DNA of 64,000 nucleotides from Yuukianura sp. NJ FZ-2021 (taxonomy: Eukaryota), in assembly GCA_046563655.1 (NCBI GenBank), contig CM102287.1, forward strand, positions 10,664,001-10,728,000, written 5' to 3'. The notes under the pieces were generated by a model that was given only the letters and a program-made list of their open reading frames with translations, was not told where the DNA came from and did not search any database. This document shows, piece by piece, positions 15,601-27,970 of this stretch. The position numbers were made by a program, and so were the translations under genes. The stretch's first letter is position 1. Every line of letters starts with the position of its first letter.

Positions 15601-18600
15601 CTCTTCCAATTTTTTGGAGAAGAAACACTTTGAAGGGCGCTGGTGAAATGAAACGTAGGTGGTAGGGATTTGTTAGGTTGAGTTTGCAGGTAGTTGGTTG
15701 AGGACATGTCCAAGTACTTGAGGAAGTGGGTGAGACGTGCCTAGAGAGAAAGTGTGCTGGATGTAGATGTTTGTGGCTAATTGGCAATTTGGGAACAAAC
15801 AAAGTTTCCAGCTCCACTCACCTCAACTTTGTTCCTCTTTCAAAGTTGCGTCTTGAGAAAATTAAAAAAGGAAAGTTCATAATTTGGGAATAAAAAGGGC
15901 GAGATGGGATTTGGGCTGTGAATAAGTAATGGGCGTGACTTTTGTAAGTTGGTGTAGCCTGAGATGTGTCGTGTAGTGACAAAGTGAGGTCATAAAGGAC
16001 AAAGTTTCGTCCTGAATTATGAAGGGCCTTCGGAGGGGACTTGAGGGAGGCCCTTGTCAGGATTATTCAACCATCTTTTATTCATTTCAATCTGGCCTTT
16101 CACACACTCTACTTTCCACTTTCACTCAAATTGATTCCCACTCTACCATTCATACTTTCTCCCTTCTCCGCTTCTTCAACTTCCACCACCATCCATCATT
16201 CCACGCAAAGATACAAAGTAACTTTGGAAGAAGAAGAAAGTGCAGAAAGCACACATTAATTTCTCAAATGTTTCATAAGTTACACGCCACTCCTCAGTTT
16301 CCACAAGCATTAAATGAAAACAGAGCTGAATAGAAATTACTTTAAGTTTCAGCGGAAGTGACAAAGAACAATAAATTAAATTTTTATTTTTTTGTCTCTT
16401 TAGTTTCATGCCACCTAAAACTTTTAGTTCTGATTCTCCCATAATTAAAAATTTAATTAGTTCAGATTAATCCTTAATGGCATTAAAATTCGGAATAATT
16501 TCTACTTTTCAACTGAAACTTATTAAAAATGTTTAAATTATTTTGTGTTTACAGGACTGGGAGCTCTGTTGGTGCGAAGAGCCAGTGGTCACTTGCTGCA
16601 GAAGAGATACGTTGGAGGTGGAACTGTACAAGTGATCATCCCTTCATCAGACTTCTACGTCCCTCGCAAAGAGTTGGAGGGAAAGTAAGGTAGGAGAGGT
16701 CAGAGGTCACGCACTTCTCTTCAACTTTCTATTTATTTTGTTAGATTTGAAGATGGAACTGTTGACTTTTTGTCCATTCTGGCTCTGGGCTCTGCATTTG
16801 ACTCCTGGGACGCACTTGGACTTTCTCTCAACAAAATCAAAACAAGAACTTTCTCCCTCTGCCAGTAAACTTTTACTCAACTTTTTATTTTTATTTTTTT
16901 TATTTTTGTCTCCTGTCAAAATAGTTTTGTTTTGTTGTTGTTTGTAGATATGCATATCGCATGATGGTGAGAATGAAACATTCAAATGGACTTCCACTGG
17001 TCCAAGTGTACTCTGCATCTCCCTTTGATTCTGCGGAGACTGCAGGTCACATCTTGGCCTTCAACATCCTGAAGGACGATGGGTCGTACGTGGGCTACTC
17101 ACAAGTAAAACCAACACCAAATCCACGGATTTGTTCTCTCTACTTTCTCTTTCCTTGTCTGCTTTCTCTCTTCTCCTTTCTTCCTCTTGTTTTTCCGCTT
17201 TCTTTTTTTACCTTCCGATTTTCCGGGGTTTTGTTGTTTCTTTGTGTGCAGGTAGAGGAGATTGGATTTGTGAACAGAATCCACCTTCGCTACGGATGTT
17301 TCTGTAATCCAGGGGCTTGCAGGAAGTTTCTAGGCTACGAACCACAGGATCTCATGAACCACTTCCAGGTCACACTCAAAACATGCACTTAACAAAACAT
17401 AACTTCAGTTTCACTTTAAATGTAGGTTGTTTTGACGTAGGCGGGTCACGTGTGTGGTGACATGCGTGACCTGGTGGATGGGAAACCCACGGGAGCAGTG
17501 CGTCTTTCAGTGGGCTACATGACACGCAAAAGTCAGATCGACACTTTCCTCAAACTCATCTACACGACATGGACACAAGTAACTCACGCAACACTCAAAA
17601 CATTTCCATTATTCACTTTTTGTATTTTTAGACAGAGGTCAAGGTCAACGGAACTCTCCCTCCTCAAATACACACAAACACTCCGCCTGCTCTCACGCAC
17701 ATTCTCATTTATCCAGTCAAGTCATGCGCTCCATTCCAAGTAAACAAACTAAAACTAAGGAAAGTTAAAAAACTAAAGTAAAAAAGTTCGTACTTTTTAG
17801 TTTTTACTTTCTCTAATTTACAGGTGAGTGGGAGTTGGACGATGGGAGAAGGTGGTTTGACCTTTGACCGGCAGTGGCTCATCGTCACTTCTCTTGGCAT
17901 CGGACTGAGTCAGAAGAGAGAGCCCAAACTAGTGACCATTCGACCTCGCATTGACCTCCACCTTAGAATTCTGGAACTGAGCACCACAGGTCACACCCAA
18001 TCTCTGTCCACATCAAAGTGTCTGTTTTTGTAAGTGTTACTAAAAATACTGTGTGTTTAGATGGAGGTTGTGTGAGTGTTCCACTGGAGATGACAGGAGA
18101 GGAGACAGAGAGTGACATTTGCAACTCAAAGGTAAAGCCCCACTTCCACTTTTTCTCCTTTTCATTTTCATTTGTGTAGGTTTGTGGGGAGAAAGTGGTG
18201 GGGCTGGACTGTGGACCCACCGTGGCGTCATGGCTCCACAAAGTTCTTGGTCACCGTGGATTGAAACTCATGCGAATCCTCCCTCTCCGCACACAGAGAC
18301 AAAGTAAGTTCTTGGAACTTTTTAAAAAGTGAAAGTTGAGTCCACTTTAAAAAAAAGTGAGTGGATCAACAGGTCAAGGGCCTCTGTTGCCTGCTAAAGT
18401 GTAAGTTTTGTAGCGAGTGCATGAGGAATGAGTGGGATGCGTGATGAGGTGGACTTGGAGTCGATTGAATCGATTGTGGAGAAGGAAAAGAAAGCAGCAC
18501 GTGCCCACATCCACAAGTCTCTTATACTTCTTCATGTATGGAGGGAGTAACTACACAACCCAAATGTAATTGAAACACAAAATAGTTGGAAAGGAATGAA

Positions 18601-19849
18601 ATACTTTCAATCTCACCCAAATCAGTCATTCAACACACTTTCTGAGAATTCTCGCAAAAGTCTTTTCCCGTTGGGAGGAAACGACTTTCACTATGAAAAA
18701 TATCATTTTTAGATGAACAACTTTCACTTGCTCTTTCTCTCTTTTTTCAATTTCAAAACGCCACTCAAAAATTCATGGACTTTTTCCCTAGACTCACAGG
18801 TAGGCTTTCCATCATCCTCACGAAAAACATTCTCAAATGACGTAGAAATTAAACACAGAATTCTCACTTTTTAGTTTCTATTTTTTAAGTTTTGTGGAAA
18901 TTGGTTTATTTTGTGGATTAATGTTAGTAATTGGGAAAATGCTTGTTCAGCACATGGTTCGGTTGTTAAAAAGTGCTGAGTGCGTGTGAAGGTGTGTGTC
19001 TAATTGAAATGCGATTAGTGGGGAGGAAGTGAATTTGATTTGGGATTTGGCAGGGACTCTAATGGCATTAATCAAACATTCAATTACTTCTTAAGGGCAG
19101 CATGGAAGGGCACTTTCTCTGGCCAACGACTCCCACTTTGTCCTTGTCTCTGCAGCAAGTCTCCGCTCTCTCGCCAACCAACTACTGGCCAAGGGGGTCA
19201 CTTTATCACAACAACTCAACTCAAAAAACATCTTTCAAGAGGTCAAACATCTCACTTTTTAATTACAAGTTCCTAAAAAGTAAAGATTGTTTTCATTTTT
19301 AGATGGTTGATGATCTTCTGCTGCGGTTTCGGCCCAACCTGGTCGTGGAGTGGAGGGAAGCGTACGAAGAAGAGGAGTGGGACGCAGTGGAGATCGGTGG
19401 TGTTGGTTTGAAGGTCAGAGGTCAAAGTTATATTTGGAGAGCAGAGTTGTTCTTTCTGTGGCTGCAATGAGCGGAAGGACTTTGTGAAAATCTCTTTGAG
19501 CCCCAGAGACTCAATTGACTTTCTCCAGCAGTGCGAGAGAACAGAAATTGAAAATCCTTTCTTCTTTTCTTCTTAGAGCGGGGGGCCTTGTAGTCGCTGT
19601 GCCACGATCTGCACAGACCAGCACACAGGTCAAAGGTCATCCGAACCCCTCCTCTCTCTGGCCAACAGAACCAAGGGCTCTCCTCGGTTCGGAATCCATC
19701 TCTACAGAGCACAGGAAAGTCATGTCCAAACCATTTCAGTCGGAGATCCAGTCGTCACCTTCTCAAAACTTCCGCAAGCGGACACAAAGGGGGTCAAAAC
19801 AACTAAATCCATCAACAACAATCGTCAACTCATTGCATCCATCGACTAA
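12624..19849 (+). CDS. MOCOS: Molybdenum cofactor sulfurase (maroon-like; PLP cysteine desulfurase + MOSC_N + MOSC)
   Basis: In-frame exons: 12624-12708, 13217-13373, 14263-14369, 14441-14630, 15236-15516, 16555-16684, 16745-16864, 16948-17104, 17252-17368, 17441-17578, 17632-17739, 17824-17989, 18061-18131, 18180-18303, 19096-19196, 19303-19413, 19577-19849. Motifs: [68 protein letters not shown]. Confidence 0.95.
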
Positions 19850-19967
19850 ATCACAACAAAATGCAAATTCCATGACAAAGTTTGAGAAAGGCTTAGTTTA
19901 TTCTTAAAAGTAAAAGTGAAAGTAAGGTATTAGTTTCTAAAAAAGAGTTGTCACCGTGTGTTAAATT

Positions 19968-22124
19968 TCAGTCAGAGTCGTCAGAAGAGTCTTCGGTGAG
20001 AGGGAGATGTCCATTTGAGAGTTGAGCTTCGTGCTGCTCAATGTCAGATTCGTAGTCCATCATTTCAGCGTCACTCAAATGAGAGTCTCCAGTGATGAAT
20101 CCAGAGAATCTGGAAATAGCCAGAGGGAATTAGTTGTGGTGGATTGCATAATTGAAAAGGAAGAGTTCCTTTTTAATTAATTAGAAGGAAACTCGAAGAG
20201 ATGAAAAGAAAAAGATGGATAATTAATTCCTCATTTCTTCCTCTCTTTCTCTGGAGAGAGAGAGAAAGAGAGGCCTTTTGGAGCCTTTCTCCCTCACTGC
20301 CCCTGTCATGGAGGCAATTCCACTTTCCCATTTGCGTCCTCCCAAATTGTGACTGGGGAATATGACAACTGGAGCCTTACCTTTTGGGATCCTGGAGGCG
20401 AGAGACGATTTTCCAAGAGTTGCACTGCGGACTGTTGCAGAAGTTGCGGAGTTGCTGGAGAGAGACTTCCGTCTCTCTTGCCCCCTGAGCAATGTACTCT
20501 TCCTCTGTCAATAATTTAGGCTTCGCTGGGAATCGTCGTCTCCTGAAAAGAGAAATAAAAGTGGAGAGTGGAAACATGAATTAGTAAACTCAACCAACCA
20601 TTCCACCCTCTATGCCAATTCATCAAAACAAACTCCAGACGAACAGTCTGCCAAGGTTCTCATAAAACTTTCACCCAGTGCCCATCCTACCATTCAATCA
20701 ACTTACGCTAATTAGTGTCTCATAGCATTCTACTCACCACCAGCTCCCCATGTTGTAGTAGAGTCTCCCAGCGAAGGAGTGGTAGCACAGCACTATGAGA
20801 ATTATCACAGTTGACACTTCCACTAAATCACTACTCAGATGGATCAGCAGCAAACTCAGCCCCTGCAAATTCACACCCTACTTTTAGATACTTCTAATCT
20901 TATTTTCTTCAGTTCAAGTAAAATTCTTAATTAAAATTAGATTAGCGTGTTAATGGACCTGTAGCACCCATGTCACAATGTCCAGTGACCTTGGGTTGGC
21001 AATGGGGCCAAAGCGGTAGCAAATGAGGAAGGCCAGAACTGAGCCAGTCGTGAGATAAACTGCTAAATACGGAAGTTTGTCCTGCACGATTTCTCCGAAT
21101 CGGTTCCATGTTTCTCCAGCGGCATAGAGACTGGACACCCAGAGGAAAGTGAACACGCCCCATCGAGTCTTTCCACGCGGCAAGAAGCGGAAGACGATGA
21201 ACATGAGGAGAAGGGCGAATCCGATGCCGCCAAGGACAGTGCCCGAGGTGTAGAACAAAAGTTGAGATCGAGCCATCTTTGGAGCCATAAAAAATATGAC
21301 GAGGCCTGCTAGCAGAGTCAACACATTCCAAATGTCAACAGCTGAAACACAAACAAAAGAGAGTAAGTTTAGCGTGTCTCAGCCACTTCCTATCGTTAGT
21401 AAATATTCCTTACTGCGTACGACGAGGAGTGCTGTGTATTCCTTCCGAGTGTCAACACCTATGCAGCTTGAGTTGAACGTTGGGAGATTTGTCTGGAGGG
21501 AAAGAAGGAATTAAGGTCGTTAAGCGATTTAAGCAAGAGGAACTAATGCGATAAGTACCTCCCGAATTCGCCATGGAAGGAGGTTCTGAGCCCAGAGAAA
21601 CCATCGTGTCGTCTCCATGTACCTTGTGTACACTTCGTTGTAGTTGCACCCCTTCACTATCTTGATATCGTCAGCAGAACTAACAATTCGAAGCTAAACA
21701 AATTCAATTAGACTAATTAGGACTGCTGAGGATAAAATGAAAAGGGGACTTTAGTTTCTTACTTTGACTGATTTGAAGTAGTTGATGAGTCGCTTGGTGT
21801 CACCTTTGCGGCAGAAGATGTTGAAATCTCGCAAGTTTTCCTGGTTTACGTCCACGAGGGGTGCACTGGTCGTGAGGTGATGAACTTTGACTCCTTCCAT
21901 CCCACCAATTCCTAGTGGACGCATAAGGCCAAATTTAGGAACAATTTTGTAAAGCATAACTAGGACTTGAATATCTGACCATTGACAGGCTGGAAGAGGC
22001 ATGATGAGGATACAAGTAGGAGAACGACGACAGAGACAAAATGGCGACTGACGTTAGGGATTGGCCGACATTCGCCAACGAGAGATCGGATGCAAGTCAA
22101 TACTTCCGTTTCCATTCGCCTCAT
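19968..22124 (-). CDS. Nemp: Nuclear envelope integral membrane protein (NEMP/TMEM194 family)
   Basis: Signal-peptide-like first exon, multi-TM middle exon (about 20958-21342) and C-terminal RRRFPAKPKLLTEEEYIAQG...LRNFCNSPQCNSWKIVSRLQDPKRFSGFITGDSHL, characteristic of NEMP1. Stop TGA at 19970-19968. The start could be 22124 or 22115. Confidence 0.9.
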
Positions 22125-23071
22125 AAATCGCTGTTCCTTCCCAGATATTCCTATGAGCAATTAAAGAGTGATTTGTAATAACAACAGTTGAATCTGTCAC
22201 GAGAGGTAAAAGAAGGAATCAATTAATTACCCAATAATTAACCACTCGTCAATTGAATTGGCAAACTTAATTTTTAATTTTAGAAAACTTGTTTTCAGAA
22301 AAATTCGAAAAATGAAAATAAACAAACTTCTTAAATACAAAATACAAAATAAAGTGGCAAAACTACTGGAAAAGCCATTCCATATTACAAAATAAAACCT
22401 GTGAACAAATAATAATAAATTACAAATCAACATCATAACATACTAAAGTTAGCTGACCATTTTTATATGAATTTAAATATGATTTTGAGTTGATGGAAAT
22501 TATTATAAATTGCTGTAGTTAACATTTTATTCAAAAAAAAATCTAATTGAAGAAATTAAAGGATTTAAAAGTTTTGCAATTGTAGTTTTGTAGTGCAAAT
22601 GACCAATGGCATTTGCTAATATCAAGGAGAATAAAGTTTGAATGAGAAATTGGCGCCTTTGTTGAAGAGGCGGGAACAGTGCGGTTTGTTGCATTACTTG
22701 GCACAATAAACACCAACTTCAGAAAATTCTTAAAATTAATTAATACAATTAGTGTCTTGTTAATTAGCAATTTTTGTAGTGTTATTTTTTTGACACCAGC
22801 TGATTCTCCTAACGGTAAACATGTAATATTTTGGAGTAGGAAAGCCAAGTACTATTGTTCACAATATTGTATACTTAAGGGGAGGGAGGGGGTGAGTTTT
22901 TTGTCTTGACATCCGGTCAGCTGACTTAACAAGTAATTAATCCCCCACAATTATATCGTGAATGGTTGATTAATTAGTGGATCTCTTTGAGCAGTTAACG
23001 GCTGTTAATCATCTCAGAACTAAATTTGGAACTGAGGATTTGAGGAGTGTTGACATAAGAAGCAAACGACG
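22125..23071. promoter_or_regulatory. Divergent promoter region NEMP / pyruvate kinase
   Basis: AT-rich spacer between head-to-head genes with CAGCTG motifs (about 22797, 22918). PK non-coding exon donors lie at about 23071 (acg|gtaagt) and 23573 (aag|gtaagg). Confidence 0.6.
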
Positions 23072-24081
23072 GTAAGTTTAATCATAAGTTAGGCACTGAT
23101 TAATCCAGCAGCAGCTCTTTTGTATCCCAAACACTTTAAGTACACTTTAGTATTTTGATATTGGTATTTAGAGCATAAGTGTAGTCTTTAATCCCTTAGT
23201 TACTACCGGTAGCAGTACTTTGTTAAGCAAGTGCTCTCACTGGGCGTCACACACTTTAGGAAAGTGGATGAGTGTTGACCTTGGATTCCGTATTTTCACA
23301 CCCTCTGTGCAGAAGGACATATCATGCTCATTATGTTGTTTCCCATGATGACTGGAAACATGAGTGCAGGTTAACTAGCCATGCTCATATCATGGAAACC
23401 ACATTAAACAACCCATGCTCAACACTCACTCCATATCGTCACTTGCATGCTAAATCTAATTCATCTCTCATTTTATTTCAGACTTCTTTACAATCACTAC
23501 ACAGAACACATTGGTTGAATACAGACGCGCTTTTCTAAATCGGTTCTTCCAAAACTAATTCTCATCATCAAAGGTAAGGTAATTGTTTGTTTCCTTTCTT
23601 AAAACGGAAATGGGGTATACAGATTCCAGTAGACATAACATAGGTCATTGGAGCTGTCAATTTATGCAACTAAAGTTGGAAATGTGAAGTCGGTTTCCTT
23701 GTTTCTGTGGTTGCACTTTAGTTTGTTTATTCCACTTGCGTGAGTCACTTTATCACTCTTGATGATCATGGTGGAAATGTACGGAAGGAGGGACATCCTA
23801 TTCCTCGATTCTGCGCTTCCTCAGAGTTACCCGGGTTTCCTGCTCCCCTTTCCCACTTTGGCCAAAAGGGCACTTTGCCAATTGTGTCAAATCGATATCT
23901 ATTCCATCCAAGGGATCTGTCCCACAAACCCACCTTAGAAACCACATCTTCAACATATCACATCATAACCACAAGAATTGTGACTTTACTCTCCAAATTC
24001 AAACACAACTCAATTACTCGACTAACTCATCTCCACCGTCCCAGTGTTCATTCCTACCTCAGATCACTCGCTTCTGTTAAT

Positions 24082-24126
24082 ATGGTTTGGTACACTGCAT
24101 TCGATAACCAACAGGATTCACTCCTG
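24082..24126 (+). CDS. PyK: Alternative first coding exon of pyruvate kinase (MVWYTAFDNQQDSLL)
   Basis: ATG at 24082, 15 codons, then a phase-0 donor |gtcagc that is compatible with acceptor cag|ATG at 24214. Confidence 0.65.
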
Positions 24127-24213
24127 GTCAGCAACACTTCAAATCATCAAATACTTTACTTTGATTTTTAATAAGTTGGACAACGTACTCATGACGTTTG
24201 TTTGTCGTTTCAG

Positions 24214-26357
24214 ATGGCAAGTGGAAAAGTACCCGAGAGTCAGGCTCTGGCCGACAAAGCTCCATGTCACCTCGACCATTTGTGTGCTCTGGACATTGAT
24301 TCAGCTCCCAAGAATCGTCTCAGCGGAATTGTATGCACGATTGGCCCAGCATCCCGCAGTGTTGAAATGCTGGAGCAGATGATGGAGACTGGCATGAACA
24401 TTGCCCGAATGAACTTCTCACATGGCTCTCACGAATACCACGCTGGAACGATTGTCAACGTCCGTCAAGCCACCATCAACTACTCACAGAAACTTGGCAT
24501 GAACTTCCCCTGTGCCATTGCACTGGACACCAAGGGACCTGAAATCAGAACCGGACTTTTGGAAGGCGTAAGATAAAAGTACACTATTTCATTTTCCAAT
24601 TTCACTTTTTAAATTAAAATGTTATTTTGTGCAGGGTGCATCGGCGGAAGTGGAGTTGAAGAAGGGAGAGAACATTAAACTGACGACAGACGCCGCTTAT
24701 GCTGAAAAGTGCAGCGACAAAGTTCTGTTCCTGGATTACCCCAACATTGTCAAGGTCATCAAACCAGGCAACCGTGTTTTTGTTGACGACGGCCTCATTT
24801 CTCTCGTTGTCAACGAAATCGGTAAGTTTTTCTGGGAATACTGAGATCCTTTCATAAGTGAATTCTTAAATTCAATTTTTTGTTTAGGATCTGACTACTT
24901 GGCGTGTGAAATTGAGAATGGCGGTATGCTGGGGAGTCGGAAGGGAGTCAACTTGCCTGGCGTCCCAGTGGATCTTCCTGCTGTTTCGCAAAAGGACAAA
25001 TCTGACTTTGAATTTGGCATCCAGCAAGGAGTGGACATGATCTTTGCTTCCTTTATCCGAGATGCTGCTGGAGTGCATGAAATCAGGAACATTCTGGGTG
25101 AAGCTGGGAAGAACATTTTGATCATCTCCAAGATAGAGAACCACCAAGGAGTGAAGAACTTGGACGAGATCATTGCAGCCTCCGATGGAATCATGGTTGC
25201 TCGCGGTGACTTGGGAATTGGTAAGGAGTTTAACTTTAGCTTAGGTGAAGGTCAAGTTAACTTTAATTTGTTATTGTTTTGCAGAGATTCCGCCTGAGAA
25301 AGTATTTTTGGCTCAGAAGGCCATGATTGCCAAGTGCAACAAGGTTAGACTGTTGGGATTGTTGGATTTCCAAATAATAGACTTGACTAATTGACTTTGT
25401 TTTTAGGCTGGTAAACCGGTGATCTGTGCCACTCAGATGCTGGAGTCCATGATCACCAAACCCCGCCCAACACGAGCTGAGGGATCGGATGTGGCCAATG
25501 CCATTCTGGATGGTGCTGACTGTGTGATGCTTTCTGGAGAAACTGCCAAGGGAGACTACCCCCTCGAATGCGTAAGCAATTTACACTTAAGTCTTTACAT
25601 TTTTATACTATACATAATTTGATGTAATATATTTATTTATTTTTTGAATTTCCTTATTTGTAGGTTCGAACGATGGCTAACATTTGCAGAGAAGCAGAAG
25701 CTGCTCTGTGGCACAATCAACTCTTTGCTGATTTAGTGAGCAAGGTCAGTTGGAACAAATAGTTACTCCGTCGTCCAAGAATTGAAAAAGTGAATGAAAG
25801 TGATTGTTTTAGGTGGATGTTCCTTTGGATTCTACACATACGATTGCGATTGCGGGAGTGGAGGCTTCGCACAAGTGTCAAGCTGCTGCTTTCATCGTGA
25901 TCACAACGACAGGGCGCTCTGCCCATCTCGTGTCCAAGTACAGACCCAGATGCCCCATCATCGCAGTGACTAGATGTGCTCAAGTAGCAAGGCAGTGTCA
26001 CCTCTACAGAGGAATTCTCCCCATCCAACACGAAGGTAACCTCCAAACAAAATTTAAAATTTCTTTAATTTCTTTCCAAAAATTGAATGATTGAATTGAA
26101 ATTGTGTTTCAGCTCCTGTGCTGTCGGACTGGATGGAAGACGTCAACGCTAGAGTGGTGCATGGAACAGAGTACGCCAAGAAACGAGGCATGATCAAAAC
26201 TGGAGATCCAGTCATCGTCCTCACTGGATGGAGAAAAGGATCCGGGTAACTAAATCTCACTTTTTACTTTTTACAACTTCCAAGTAAAGTTTCAACTAAA
26301 AATGTGTTTTTGTTTTTCAGTTTCACAAATACCATGCGTATTATTTACGTGGAGTAG
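24214..26357 (+). CDS. PyK: Pyruvate kinase
   Basis: Nine exons from 24214-24567 to 26321-26357. Motifs: [87 protein letters not shown]. Confidence 0.97.
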
Positions 26358-27970
26358 TTGACAGTGATAGTGCAAATGAGTCCACCACTACATCTTCCAC
26401 GATCTTAGTATATCTAATCCTATTCAAAGTAAAAACACATCAAAGAAATTAAAGTGATCAACAGTAACTCTTCTTTCCAAGTTTTTTCATTTTTTATTGG
26501 GTTTTCTTCCATTTTTTAATTTTTCGAATTGCGTTTGCAATGATAAATTTAATTTGTATAATTTCGAAGCTCTGGTATCCTCTATGATTTGTAAACAGGA
26601 GTTGAAGGCATGAGTTGCCAGTTATAACAAAATGACTTAACAAAATACTTGGTAGTTGAAATTAAGAAGAGGAAAAGTTCAGTCTTGGACTAAATGAGGC
26701 ACTACCAAATCACTTTCCTCGTTCACAATGTACAAAATAGAAAAATAGGAGAGAGAGTTAATTAGATGAGGATCCAGGTGAGGAAGGCATTCTCTTTGAT
26801 TGGTCAAGCATGCTTCCAGTTGTGATTGTCTTACTGTCCATGCCCTCCAGTCCACAGTTGACCGCTTGGTCCAACCACTGAAAACACAAATTAAAAATTA
26901 GATTCAAGCATTTCCAAATCTAAAACTAAATCTAGCTCCTCACTGAAAGTGTCTAGCGACAATTTGGAAATGATTTCCTGACTGACTCAATGTCAACGGC
27001 TCAAAGAAAAAAAAACTGAATTTCTAAATTTCAAAGCCTAACGATTTCAACTGATTAACTTTTATGTGCGTGACCTGAGGCAGCCAGTGAAATCTGAGTG
27101 TTTAGAAGAATCTACTCACCATGAAACCATTTTATAGATGACTCAAATGCAAGATCAAAATGAAAACCAGAGAATGAACAAAGGGAACAGTTGACATGAA
27201 AGCGGGGAGGGGCCTTCAAGGGCCCCTTCAAGTCTACTAAGCCTTTAAGTCTACTTTAAGTGTCCGAGATGACTCCACAACATTGCATGGCCACTTCATC
27301 AGGTTTTCATTTGAATCTTTAAGATTGTGAATCCCCTCGTTGAGCCATTCATGTCACCCTCCTCCTGTTGACCAGAGCCACAATGTCACCCACCCTTGGA
27401 CAGCTCAGGGGACCCCTTAAGTCCCCCCCACAAAAACAAATTAAACTAAGCACTGGATGGAGTGAATGATCGTGACATTTGGATCCGACGACCTAGATGT
27501 TAAAAAGTCAAGTGATTAAATTCTCTCTTCCTCCAACTAAATTTCAAAATTCAAATTGAGCAATTGACCCCGTGGAAGTTTAAAAGTTGAACTTTGGGAT
27601 GGGAATCCACTGGGTGTGTCGGGAGCATCTGCCTCAAGCATCAGCGCAATCCACGACGACAGTGCCAGCTTCACATGAATATTGTGGATGGTAGGAGGTT
27701 GCTTCTCAGTCATCTTCTCACTTCAACATTACCAAAAATACCCTCAGTCTCTTACAAAGCAATCAAAAGAAAGTCAATGGAAAGCATGAGTGGAGTTTAG
27801 ATCTTAACATGACTGCTCAACCCTATTCAATCCGAGTCAGCAGGTCATGACCTCCAAAAATAAAGTTCTTATGTCAGTTATTAGTATGAAGCTACAAGTG
27901 ACAGATCGGAAATCATGCAACGCTAAGATCCAAAGCCACAACGAACAAATGAAATTGCTAATTCAAAGTG

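Noticed and set aside
26755..27760. Minus-strand splice-like signals and short ORFs between PK and the bZIP gene
   Set aside because: I could not assemble a phase-consistent coding model. It may be spliced UTR or lncRNA, but support is too weak.
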